Source: a virus | Lineage: Duplodnaviria; Caudoviricetes | Strand: one strand, 5' to 3' | Length of the DNA stretch: 55,783 bases | Virus record (IMG/VR): IMGVR_UViG_3300047564_005880 | Coordinates: 1-55,783 of that record | Shown here: piece by piece, positions 20,901-32,100 of the stretch | Numbering within the stretch: position 1 is the first letter of the stretch | Layout of the letters: every line of letters begins with the position of its first letter | Translations under genes and position numbers: made by a program | The notes under the pieces: model-generated | Told to the model about the DNA's origin: nothing | Database searches by the model: none | Seen by the model: only the letters and a program-made list of their open reading frames with translations

Positions 20901-23900
20901 GGATATAACTTGAGATCTCCAACGTAAGTGAAGACGTTAAATGGGTTTACGTTCTCTACTGCAGATGCATAAGACTGCTCAATAAGTAAACTATCAGTAA
21001 ATGGCAGAGTTACAATATCACCAGAAATTTTTACATTTTGTGAATCTGTTCCATATACTAATGGAACTTGAGTTGTATAGTGTCCAGGTCTCAGTTCACC
21101 AGATTCAAAGTCCATGGAGACTCTATAATCTGGATGTAGAGTGTCACTGGTCGAAAGGCTTGCAAAGTTATCAACAATAAATCCATTCTTGAATCTATCT
21201 AATCCAGTAGTATCACGGATTGTCATAGTTGCAGTTTCGGACTCAAGTAAAGAAAGTTGAGTATAATACTCTAAGTTCTTAATTCTTTCATCTAAAACTT
21301 GGATATCTCTAAACGTATATCTTCTAAAGTTTGTCTCTCTAATGCTTACATCTTCTTCAACATCAAAAACATATGGACCATATGTAATTGTTGCCAGAAG
21401 CATAGCATCTTCAATATCTTCTGGTTGTACAGGTCTATCCGATGGAGCACCTTTTACAATTTGAATCGCATTATCTTTATTGAGGAATACTTTATCAATT
21501 CTCCCCAGATAATATTCATAACTTAAAATAGTAGAATCACTTTGACCAGGAAGACCAACTAAATTTCCAGTAAAAGCTCTATTTGCAAAGTCAAATTTTC
21601 CACCAGAAGTCAGAGTATATGGAGATAATCTAGAACCAGAACCACTGAGGTTTGATGGTACAATTGGTCTAAAGTCAAGACAGTTCCTAAGTTGAAGATC
21701 TCCATAAGAAGGAATTTCTTTGTATTCTGATCCTGGATATGAATCAACACTATAGAATCCAGTTCCACTAGTCGTTAAGAATCTATCAAAGATTACAAAT
21801 ACTCTATGAGTTGGAGCTGTATAACCAGGTTTCCTTACTAATCTAGAATAATCATAGAACTGATCTCTCTGACCATTATCTAATGTATAGTTATCAGTAA
21901 TGTTCTTAGATCCATTAATGATACTTCCAGTGACAATCTTTAATGTTGCAGTTGGACCAGAAATATTTTCTCCATCAGTAAACTTATCATCATTTACTGG
22001 AATGAAGTAGACATAATTACTATCTGTGGTGATAACCCTTGCTCTTGACCCTGAGATATCTCCAGTGATAATATCGTCTACTTGTAAAGTTCCAACAAAA
22101 TTAGTATACTGGAATCTTGGCAGAACTGGATCTTGAGCATCAAGAGATTCGTAAATTGCTTTAATTTTAAAGACATCGGCACAACCAAGAGAAATGATAT
22201 CATCTTCTACTCTTGATCCATAACCAGTTAACAACTGAGTCAATCCATTAATTGCAGATCCTCTTGTATCGTCAAGCTTGAGAATTTTCATTCTCTCAGT
22301 GGTCTTAACTTTTGCTGATCTGTTGCTTTGGAAAACAGTAGCAACTACAGATACAGAAGTTACTGCATTATCAAGACCACTAATAGTTACAGAGGACTGA
22401 CTACCAGTTGCACTTACTGTAAATGTTGGCGATCCACCAAATGTAATGATTGTTCCAGTTGGCATCGTTCCACCACCTGCGTCAACGACAACCATAAAGT
22501 CATCGGCATCTGATGCATCTCTAAATGTTAATCCAGTACCAGCAGTGATACTGAATGAACCGCTAGATACTGAGATTCCAGAATAACTCTGTCTGAAAAA
22601 TCCAGATGGGGCAATAGTGTTATTTTTGTTTGTATTCTTTACTGCTTGCTGACCAAGACTTGTTATTAAAGAACGTCTATTAGATTCTTTAATTTCTGGT
22701 CTAGTTCTTATAATGGCGCTAGTAATTGCACCATTAGCAAGAGTGGTAGATCCCAAACGAGAAATAGTAAAACTATAATTATTAGTAATAGCTGTAACAC
22801 GAGCTTTGTGGCTGGCATTATTATTGGAGAATTCAATAACATCATTAATTCTAAGTTGCGACACATAGTTGGAAAGAGTGGCAGTGACAGTTGCCGTTGC
22901 TCCAGAAACACCAGAAAGGATAGGACCAGAACCAGGAAGTGATACCTGTTGATCCAATACTAAGTTTGCAGTAAATCCACCACTATATACAGACTTAACA
23001 TCACTAAAGTTATAGGTATATACATCAGAAGTTGTTGCAAAAGTGCTTCCATTCTTCTGTAAAACTTCTCCAGCAATAAATGTACCAGTTACATCATAGA
23101 GATAACCAGTAGTTGTAGATCCAGCTTGAACAAATCCTTTTGCACCAGAAGATGCGCCAACGAGGAGATCACCAGCAGTCCAAGTAACGCTATTTGTAGT
23201 TACTTTTGTGAAGATTGTTGTATCTGCAACGTTTATGCGATATCTTGTAGTAGTTGTATCACGATCCCCATCCTCATATGAGAATCCATAAACTCTAGAG
23301 TATCCAATCAGAGTTCCACTTGCAGATCCATTAGTAGAAATAACTTGATCTCTTAATTCTATAGTTGAATACAAAGATGGTGCTTTGTATGCGGTATCAA
23401 CGTAGATATAATTTCCAAATGCAGGAGTAACGGCTACATTATCCTGACCAACAAAAGTTCTTGGTTTCTCGACATCTTTGTATGTTGTTGATTGTCTTTC
23501 TGTTCTGAATCCAGAAATGTATGCAATACCAGAAGACAACTGGATTGCCATCTTATCTTCGGATGGAGTATTTCCATCTTGAGTTACTGAGTCTTCAGCG
23601 AACACACCATTATTAAAACCATCATCAAGATTTTCTCTTACATCTACAGAAAACTTCTTGACGTAGTAATCACCAGATTCTTCTTTAGTTCTATTAGCTA
23701 AAACCTCATTAATAAATCCAAGATCGCTTCTTACAACTTTCTTCTCGATCTTACCTACATCTGTTCTGAGAAGTTCAATAAAGTCAGCAGAGTTTGGATC
23801 CGTTAATTGCTTTTTAACCAGGGTCAGATTGATTTTAAATCTATCTGCGCCTGGAGCTGAGAAGTTTGTGCTACCAATAGCATTATCATAAAGAGTCTCA

Positions 23901-24592
23901 TCTTCATCTGCTGTGATGAGTCTTTCTTCTACTTTGAGACCAACTTTGTATGATGGAGTTACACCATACTGATCGAGAATAATTGTTTGATCTAAAACGG
24001 GTACAAAATAACCACGAACAAAATATACACCCTTACCAATATTTGCAGTAGATCCAACTGAACTTGAATTTGAGTTCAGAAGTTGAGCAATTGGAGTTCC
24101 TGCAGAGATAGTAGTTGACTGATATGTAATGTCTTCTTCACAAGTAAGAATCTCTCCGTTTGAGAAGTTTGTAGTTACATTATCGTCTGCCTTTTGAAGA
24201 TATGTGACATAGAAAGAGATATTACCTCTTTCTGAAGTAGCTGCAGAGATAGAAAACGCAACTCTTGCTCTTACTCCAGATGTAGATCCCTTAAGAACCT
24301 TACCATCTAAACTTTCTCTATAAAGTTCTACGTCCAGATTCAAATAAGTATTCTGAATCAGAATGACAGGAAGTTCAGTATTAAGAGTGATTCCTCCTGG
24401 AATCACCATAGAACCATCCTTATAAACACCTTGACCAAACGAATCGATCTGATTCTGCAAGATACTTTGCAGAGTCGTCAATTCTCTAGCTTGAACAGGA
24501 TATCCTGGTTTAAAGAGAACTTTTAGAAACCCCTTATCTGAATCAAAGTCATCAAAATAAGGGGCGATGTTCAGGTTAGTGTTCTGTGCCAT
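17936..24592 (-). CDS. VrlC/DUF4815-like large virion structural protein (2218 aa)
   Basis: Hallmark N-terminus NLNIAPYFDDF..LFKPGYPVQARELTTLQSILQNQI; APGADRFKI, DRFKNGFIVDNF, DPLAQTF, LFKSQNASTW motifs. Confidence 0.88.
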   Translation of the reverse strand: MAQNTNLNIAPYFDDFDSDKGFLKVLFKPGYPVQARELTTLQSILQNQIDSFGQGVYKDGSMVIPGGITLNTELPVILIQNTYLNLDVELYRESLDGKVLKGSTSGVRARVAFSISAATSERGNISFYVTYLQKADDNVTTNFSNGEILTCEEDITYQSTTISAGTPIAQLLNSNSSSVGSTANIGKGVYFVRGYFVPVLDQTIILDQYGVTPSYKVGLKVEERLITADEDETLYDNAIGSTNFSAPGADRFKINLTLVKKQLTDPNSADFIELLRTDVGKIEKKVVRSDLGFINEVLANRTKEESGDYYVKKFSVDVRENLDDGFNNGVFAEDSVTQDGNTPSEDKMAIQLSSGIAYISGFRTERQSTTYKDVEKPRTFVGQDNVAVTPAFGNYIYVDTAYKAPSLYSTIELRDQVISTNGSASGTLIGYSRVYGFSYEDGDRDTTTTRYRINVADTTIFTKVTTNSVTWTAGDLLVGASSGAKGFVQAGSTTTGYLYDVTGTFIAGEVLQKNGSTFATTSDVYTYNFSDVKSVYSGGFTANLVLDQQVSLPGSGPILSGVSGATATVTATLSNYVSQLRINDVIEFSNNNASHKARVTAITNNYSFTISRLGSTTLANGAITSAIIRTRPEIKESNRRSLITSLGQQAVKNTNKNNTIAPSGFFRQSYSGISVSSGSFSITAGTGLTFRDASDADDFMVVVDAGGGTMPTGTIITFGGSPTFTVSATGSQSSVTISGLDNAVTSVSVVATVFQSNRSAKVKTTERMKILKLDDTRGSAINGLTQLLTGYGSRVEDDIISLGCADVFKIKAIYESLDAQDPVLPRFQYTNFVGTLQVDDIITGDISGSRARVITTDSNYVYFIPVNDDKFTDGENISGPTATLKIVTGSIINGSKNITDNYTLDNGQRDQFYDYSRLVRKPGYTAPTHRVFVIFDRFLTTSGTGFYSVDSYPGSEYKEIPSYGDLQLRNCLDFRPIVPSNLSGSGSRLSPYTLTSGGKFDFANRAFTGNLVGLPGQSDSTILSYEYYLGRIDKVFLNKDNAIQIVKGAPSDRPVQPEDIEDAMLLATITYGPYVFDVEEDVSIRETNFRRYTFRDIQVLDERIKNLEYYTQLSLLESETATMTIRDTTGLDRFKNGFIVDNFASLSTSDTLHPDYRVSMDFESGELRPGHYTTQVPLVYGTDSQNVKISGDIVTLPFTDSLLIEQSYASAVENVNPFNVFTYVGDLKLYPESDNWVDTKTLSPLKGPTVEGNFLTTVREYNADQNGFSPIHWNAWQTTWTGTSVSVSQARESTGKKSSRIRETTTTTTTTKQARTGIRYRVLPIVEEQSLGSRIVSVEHINYMRSRNIEFTVKKVKPRTKFYAFFDGIALPTANVTPKIIGLIKDPGVDSKTNSIPFQIGETVYVNDANGQPRFKARAVSPNEGYNINPLDGNSISSISDYNSNLNFINIDTKALSDQAKGAFFGSPKLNDYLIGETSGAIAKVSDKSLISDGSGNLRGAFFLDDPNIDGNLKFKTGTRLFRLSDQSDDTRVQGVSDSSAEAEFVSSGLLQTQQETIISVRNAQVTSEDLREERTLVSTSTSTRYIDPLAQTFLVDTAGLEGGVFLSKVDIFFFTKDSEIPVSLDIRTVVNGTPTQIILPFSKVVKQPNEVFTSDDAATPTTFVFESPVYIPYRSEHALVLTSDSNQYKVFISVLGQDAIDAAHAGEKISEQPYIGVLFKSQNASTWTPDQYQDLMFKIYRAQFTLPDTASPSRLVLNNAQLGESNGGFLRLLPNTFSLTSGSDEIRVFHSNHGMQSNLNYVSVSGVISEVADTQINMAGGFGTTASQLTVDNAADLHTTIGGSAVSSANPGFLRILGTAEDGSGDEIVAYESIAGNVVNIVGHSVGTVTGRNWSATGGSGSSIGLAHSNDAVVQCYNLAGIPLTLINTVHSPATGGLLTANSPHSYKLKISGKTAGKTISSGGPNIRVSQNIPWDVLTPQIQSQVQPQTSIVTRVLGTSGTSSGPFPSGSSAEVSFVKDTTYADVTLGEINYFLGTKIIASEINEINNMNSQKSFTMEIDMNTEVDNLSPVIDLEKCSIITTANVINNATPSKQIGGECVANYITRIARLAKSSTGLRVMLAANTFTPSNVVVMYKLVPVGYGGNLDDLDFEFFNGDGRPDSGLMIPQNNPDIFTDFEYTLEDVSSFDAFQIKISLTGYYQPYIPRVKDLRIIALA

Positions 24593-26107
24593 TTAGAATT
24601 CTATTACTACTTTGATCTCTTCGTTTTGGTCTGCCGATCTGCTAATCGGACTCCTATTATCTATGTAGAGCATTTCTCCAGAGTTGATTTGGATCTCTTG
24701 GTTAGCGTATCCGCTAACAAAAGAAAGACCTAACTCATAAACAGAAACACCAATTGTAATTTGAGATACTGGAATTGAAGCTGTTCCAAATGTAGTATCT
24801 GGAGTTGCTGTAATTGAATTTATCGAAGATGTAATCTCACTAGATCCAGAGAACTGCACGATGTTTCCGTTGGTTACACCATCCACCGAATCCTGAACAT
24901 ATTTTAAAACCTTTGTTGTTGAATCATAAGAAACAACAAGACCTTGAGCACCAGTATTTGCTTGAGTGATAATTTCCCCTGGAGTGAAGTTTCCACTGGG
25001 AGTTCCAGTTCCAGACTGAGGAAACTTGATTGCTCTAACAGCAGATCTTGTGTTCTGACCTGAAATAGAAGTGGTATTATAGTCAAATGGGTTTAAAACC
25101 AGACCAATTCTTCTATAAGTCAAATCGTTAGGAAAATCAACGAATGCATTTGTTGTTTCCAGTTTTGTCGAAAACATCAATCTGTATGCTCCAAGTTCTC
25201 TTGCAGCATCATAACCATGCCCGCCGTTTGGTGGAATAACAACGTCCAAACTTGCGTTAGCCCCACTACCGATATTTGGAATCAATCCAACATTAATGGT
25301 TCCAAATGTATATCCACTACCTGCTGTGGTAATAATTACAGATGTGATGGAACCAGAAACAACCGTCACTGTACAGAGAGCTTGTGTTCCACCATTAATT
25401 TCCCAATCACCACGAACAGGAACATTAGTATAAGTGCCATTATTATATCCAGTACCTGCATTATCAACTACGATAGTATCAATAGCTCCAGAGTTTGCAG
25501 CAGACTGGACGAGAGAGTTATCAATAACAGGGATGAACTCTGATGTGACAAACTTAAGGATATTGTCAGCATCAATAGTATACATGTATTTCCATCTATA
25601 GGAATATACTCCAGGACTATCACCAGTTTCAATAACTGTGGTTGAAGTACCAGTTGGTTCTACTAATGAGGGACGACCTCTTGGGAACTCTGGTGACTGA
25701 CCATTATAAAGACACTTGTATACATTATATTCACCATTCATTACATAGTAGTTTGAATCATACAGTCTTGATGATCCATTAGATGTAGTTTTCGAAGGCG
25801 AATAGTCTGGCTTATACATCGAATATACTTTACCAGTTCCACCAGTAGTGTTTGCTGGATCAATCCAGTCAACTCTTGGGATAACTAAAGATGTATCTGA
25901 GATATCAATTCTTTTGAAAGCTACAGAATCTCTATAAGAACTTCTGTGATATGCAAAGCTATCAACGGGTTCGTTGGTTGGTGGAGTATCTGGAGATCCC
26001 CACTCCTTTGCACGTCCGATGAACATATACACTCTATTTGCAGTAAGCAGAGTGTTTCTGAAACTTTCGGCAGCGTATATTCTAAACTTGTCAGTGACTA
26101 ATGCCAT
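24593..26107 (-). CDS. gp8: Baseplate wedge subunit gp8
   Basis: YVMNGEYNVYKCLYN..YRWKYMYTI and SGEMLYIDNRSPISRSADQNEEIKVVIEF; position downstream of gp7. Confidence 0.88.
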   Translation of the reverse strand: MALVTDKFRIYAAESFRNTLLTANRVYMFIGRAKEWGSPDTPPTNEPVDSFAYHRSSYRDSVAFKRIDISDTSLVIPRVDWIDPANTTGGTGKVYSMYKPDYSPSKTTSNGSSRLYDSNYYVMNGEYNVYKCLYNGQSPEFPRGRPSLVEPTGTSTTVIETGDSPGVYSYRWKYMYTIDADNILKFVTSEFIPVIDNSLVQSAANSGAIDTIVVDNAGTGYNNGTYTNVPVRGDWEINGGTQALCTVTVVSGSITSVIITTAGSGYTFGTINVGLIPNIGSGANASLDVVIPPNGGHGYDAARELGAYRLMFSTKLETTNAFVDFPNDLTYRRIGLVLNPFDYNTTSISGQNTRSAVRAIKFPQSGTGTPSGNFTPGEIITQANTGAQGLVVSYDSTTKVLKYVQDSVDGVTNGNIVQFSGSSEITSSINSITATPDTTFGTASIPVSQITIGVSVYELGLSFVSGYANQEIQINSGEMLYIDNRSPISRSADQNEEIKVVIEF

Positions 26108-26127
26108 GCCAATTGAGCTTTTTTACT

Positions 26128-26135
26128 TATTTATA
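26128..26135 (-). promoter_or_regulatory. T4-type late promoter TATAAATA
   Basis: Exact match overlapping gp7 stop, 20 nt upstream of gp8 ATG. Confidence 0.8.
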
Positions 26136-29100
26136 AAGATCTAAGACGAATCTCTGGAAGAATCGATATACTTCCACTGGTTGTTCTAGCAAATGGATAT
26201 TCAACTGTGAATTGAGTCGTGGAGGTGACATTCACTTTGTAACTACCATCAAATCCAGTGCCAGATGTGTGCTTCAGATAAACGGACATTCCCGTTGTAT
26301 AATTATGTGCTCCAGAAGTATTCACGGTGCATAAAGTACCAGAAGACGTGTATGATCCAGTGACAACGTTGATATCATATCCAACTCCAAAAGAAGGACC
26401 AGTTCCAAAATTACCTCTACCATTAGTTGCAACAGTGAAGGTATTTGTATTCACATCTCTCGATCCATATAAGATTCTTTCAACTCTCCAACGTCCGCCA
26501 CTGTAAACTGGAATCAAAATTTCCCCCTCATCTGGGAATCCGATTTGTTGAGTGAGGTCCCAATACACATTTTGTGCATTTATCGTAACGGATGTTGATG
26601 TAATAGAGTTGGTTAGATATGTTACTGCTAATGCATTTGAGTTGGAAATAATTCTATTTCTCTGTGATCTTTCGATGGAAACAGGATGGGTTGGAACTAT
26701 TTTAGGAATAGAAGTATATCCATTTCCAGGATTAAGATTAATGATACCAGTTACTTCACCAGTTCCAGGATCAATTGTAGTTTGTGCAAATGCACCCTCT
26801 CCACCACCACCAGTAAATACAAGGATTGGTGGATTTTCATAATTCAAACCAGGATTTACGATAGTTACAGCAGCAACTCTTCCACCAAGAACAACTGCTG
26901 TAAATTCTGCTGGAGTTGGTCTCAAACCGACATATTCATAAGTATCAATTGTTGTAGAGCTACTGATAGATGCAAGGATTCTTTCATCTGCTTCGCTAGA
27001 AACCTTAACGATATCACCAGGATCAATAGAGTTGAATGTGTCTTCTCTTAAGATGTCATCATTAGAACCAAGGAATACATACAAGACACAGTTTGATCCT
27101 GCTCTTGGTGCTTCATCAAACTCCAGTAAAGAACCCCTTAGAGTATAAGAAACTCCTGGTTCTTGATAAATTCCATTAACGAAAATAAGCAGGTTTCCAG
27201 CAGCATCAATTGATGGATCATCAGATTCAATAGAAAATGGAGCTCCACTTTGCTTGAGAATATAAGTTTTTCTGCTATTATCAAAGAATGGTGAGATGTC
27301 ATCTAAAAGATTCAATTTGCCGAAATAGAAGCAGTAGAAGTCCATGTTTCCAAGAGGAGCTTCATTAAACGTGATCGTACTTCCAGTATAAGTATAAGAT
27401 TCTTCCGTACCTTTAACTTGTAAAGTGCTATTCAGGAACAGCAAGAAGTTATCACTTGCAGGTAAAGCATAATTAGATCCGCCAACCTGAGATGTAAACG
27501 TAGTGTTAACTCCATCAAAGGTGACATCTTCAACTTCAACTTGGAACTCAAGAGTTGGAGATCCAGCTAAAGTTGCACTAACAATATCGTTGTTAGTATA
27601 ACCACTGCCTCCATCTACGATACTGATGGAAACAACTTTACCACCAACGACCGCAATATTAGCTGTTGCCCCAGTTCCATTACCTCTCTTATTGACTAAT
27701 GGTTCTGAAGTATATACGCCATTAGTATAACCTGCTCCAGCAATCAATCCATTAGTTGTATTGAATGATTGAATTGCATCCCCAAATGTATCCAGTTCAA
27801 ATACATTACTATAACTCTTTCTATCAAAGTAAACTGCCAAAACCTCAGAATTTTCTAATGGCGATTCTGCAAATTCCAATATATCATTTGAAACTGTGAA
27901 TCCTTTTGGATTCTGAATAATGCCGTTAATCGAAACAATCAATTGACTCTTTTGTGCAGTCTTTGCAATAACAGTAGATATGTCTATGGAGTCTTTTCTT
28001 AATTTAAATTTGTTGTTGATGCCATCTACAGACAGAATGATTTGGTGAGCTGGTCCACTTCCAACCGAAGTGATATCAAGAACATTTCCAGATGGAGCAT
28101 CGAGTAGTCTGATAGTATCTGCATCCACAACATCGACATAGTATGCAGTATTTGAAACTAATCCCTGAATTGGGTCTCCAGTTCTAACGTTTGGATAGAA
28201 TCCAACATCAATATCTGGAATGGTTCCAGGATTATCAATACCTTCTGTTAGAATCTGAGATAATGTTGTAAGTGCAGATACAACGTTTGCACACCCACCA
28301 GAATCATATGTGATAGAAAGATCTACAAAAGGTCTTCTTGTTGTATATGTTCCAGTGAAAGGAAGATTATTGTTGACTGCTAGTATTGCAAGATCTCTTG
28401 CTTTATTGTATGCCGCGATGGTTTCTAATTCTTCACCACCAATATGTAAGATATTATTTACTGGAACTGTTCTAGTGATACCAGTAAGATTTCCAGGGTT
28501 TCCATTTGTTCCAATAGCTTGGATTAGAATTCCAAACAAAGTGGTCATAGAAGATACGACATTTTGGCAAGAATTCACATATCCACCACCACCAGTTCTT
28601 GTGGCATGTGCCATGCTGTCCGTAGAAACTGCCGTAGTTACGATAGAGAACAGCGTTGCAATAGTCGATTTAATAGCAGCACATCCACCCTGATCTACAG
28701 TAATCGTATAATCATAAGTTTGGGTTAATCCATGAGAACCTTGAACACTGATTGATTCATTATTAATTACATTTTGGCAGAGATCTCTTGCAATTTGCAT
28801 AATTGCAATAGTTTCCGTTTCTTCACCATTAATGTGAGAAGTGCCAACATAGTATGCTGCAGCATCATAAGTATGGTCATTTCCACCATATCCAACGTTC
28901 TTAGATACTGCATTAATTACATCAATAACGTCATCGATGCAATTTTGATTTCCAGTTGGAATTACAAAAGATGGATTTGCGATCAGATAACGTTGAACTG
29001 CTTCATTAGCAACAAAAACTTTATTTGCCTGTAGTAAATCATATGCATCACCATTTCGATCGGCAACAAATCCTATCGGATCCGTTGAAATACTATTGTC

Positions 29101-32100
29101 AAATACTTGAACCTCAGATGTATAAGAAGTAATTATTGGATAATTTTGAATTACATCCTCGCAGAGTTCTAATGCAATCTCAAATACTTTCACCGAAGCA
29201 TCTTCTTCTCCTTGAACATGTGATCCAGTTACATAGAGATTTGCTGCATCATAAACTTCGCTATTACCACCATATGCGAGGTTGTAGCTCATAGATTCGA
29301 TAAAATCTACAACATCATCAATACAGTTCTGATTGCCACCAGGAACGCCAGGGAAACCCGCTGGAACGCCCACCACGGGGTCTACGAGCATCCTTCCGAC
29401 TGCTTCCTCAGCAATAAGAGTTTTATTAGATCTCAACAGATTTCTAGCATCGCCATATCTATCAGCAACTAAGACTGTCTGACCAATATACGAGTTTACT
29501 GCTTTTACGGTAAATGCATTACCACCATATCTCAAATCATTTGCCCAAGCTGCAATAACAAGTCTAGTATCTCTTGCACAGATTGAAGGATCATAATCTG
29601 GTTTGGATCCATCAGTTAAAGCTGGGAATGTTGCTTCGATATGACCGATAGTCTCCTCTACAATATAATCAATATTTGCTACAATTAAATCTCTAGCATC
29701 TTGGAATCTATCTCCACCAGCATTATAAATTACTCTTTGATCTTGAACAAGACCATGATTTGTCAGAGTTATTTCATCAGTTGCTGGATTCACTGCGGAT
29801 GAAGAACTTCCATCAAAAGGAATAGCTCTATAGTTAATAGTATCAATCTTATGGACGATATTCGTGAGAATTTTTTGTACGTCTAACAGCTGGCGTCCAA
29901 ACATCAAGACTTCGGTTGGAACCGTTGCAGTATAGTCTGCTTTACCTAAAGCAAAATTGTCAATTCTTGAAAGTTTTGCAACGTTATTTGCTGTTGGTTT
30001 TGGAGTGAAATAAGTTGTACCATTAAATGTTCTTAATGTTGCTGGGGGAACTCCAGGTAACCACCAGTTATACAAATCATTAGTTACAAAGTCTCTATAT
30101 GGAGTTGGTTTAAAATCTTTGAATGTTGCAGTAGATACAATTTGAGATCCAAATACTTTGAATCCAGCTGGGTGTGCTGCAAATTTAATTGGATTCTTCC
30201 ACTCCTTGATATTGATAGGAGATGCGATTTCGTATGAGAATTCTTGGAATCTATTGCTATCATATAATCTTTGCTCGTTAAGATCCAAGAATCCAGTTGT
30301 TCTTTCCCACCTATTTCCAGAAATGCTGATAGGAGAAACTTCAAATACTGCGTCTGCTCTATCGAAAGCATGGATCTGACCAAATGCTGCAGACTCTGCA
30401 CCAAAAACAGGTTCACCAATTCTGAATTCGCCCTCAACAATTTCTACACTAACAACTCTTCCTTTTGGATCCCATTCTTTAATGAATCCATAGGCGGTAT
30501 ATGAAGCTGTAGATGCACCTTGGTAAATTCTTTCCCCAACTGAGAATTCACCTGGTTTCATATATGCAACAATTCTTGCGCCAAGATCAGTTGTATCCAG
30601 AACAAATGCAGATACTCCATTATTACCAATAGTAGGAGCAGATGTAAAGACAATATACGTTCCAGCATTTGCGTTAGCTAGACTGGTTGCTAATCTAATT
30701 TGGTTATTTGCCAATCCATTAGCAATAGTATCTTCAATAGCATAATAGATTACGTTTGGTAGTAATGGTTGTGGAAGTTTTCCTGAAATTTCACGTAATG
30801 AAACTTTTGTACCTGTTGGAATTTTTGCATCATACGCAAAGTTTAAAGTACTGTTGGATCTCAGTGCTACAAATGCATGGCTTACCTGAGCTTTTACTGT
30901 TGGAGCGGACAGGAATCCTTTACCTGGATTTACTACTTGTACTTCTTGAATAACTTCATTCTGAATGATAGGATTGAGTGAAAACGCAGAACCACTTCCA
31001 CCTTCTAGCAAAATAGTTGGTTTTGCAACAAAAGAAAACCCACCATCAATAACATCAAGATAATCAATAACCTGAGTTCTGATCAACTGAAGGTTATATG
31101 TAGTATTCAACTCTGGCTTTAGAGTTCTATCATGACTATAGTTAAAGGTAATGTTGTCTCCACCAATCTTTACAATTTGACCAAGATCGGAAGACTTAAG
31201 AAGTAGAGAAACACCTGTTCCCTTCGTTTGTACGATGTTAATTACAGGAGGGCTTTGGAATTGCTCACCGCCATCTTCAATAACAATATTAGTTACACCT
31301 TGATTGACAATTTGTGCATTAAGAATTGCGTTGATGCCGTTTCCACCACTAACTAAAACATCAGGTGATGAAAGGTATCCAGAACCACCGTTAGTAACAG
31401 TTACCGAATCAATACTTGCATTAATAAGAACGCTTGTTTGAGCTGGATTGCTAAATGAGAGTTCAGTTACAGTTACTGTAAAATCATCGGTGACATCTAC
31501 ACCACCAGTTATTTGTGCTCCAGAGATTGTTATTACATCTCCGAGAGCATATGGATATCCAGAAGTATCTGGAACGACTGAAATTACATCTTTAGTTACA
31601 GCATCAATTGTAACCGTAAATGTTGCTCCAGTTCCTCCAGTTGGAGCTACGCTCTTTTGAACGACTCCCGTATAGGTTCCCGCAGTAAAGTTTGCGCTAG
31701 TATTCTGAGATGTTATTGAAACCTCAGTGACACCACCATAGTAAGGATCATCAAGAATTACCTGTGGTGGTACTCTGTAATTTGAACCTGGATTATTTAC
31801 AGCAACACTTTCCAAAGATCCAGCATTAGGTCCAGTTGCAGGAATAATTGCAGCAACTTGTGCTTGAGTTCCAGAAAGACCTACAATTGATGCCTGAGAG
31901 TCTGCAGAGTAAACTTTATTCCTTTGAACGTTCACTGTGCTGAACATGATATATCCTTTATTTGCAGCTCCTGAAGTAGTATTTCTCAGTGGTTGTACTC
32001 TCAGTATGGAAGTACTTGGATTCCAAGAAATTACTTTACCCCTTGCAGTTTGAGTACCAACGATAGTTTGGGAAACTATGATTTCATCAGTAACAAACGA

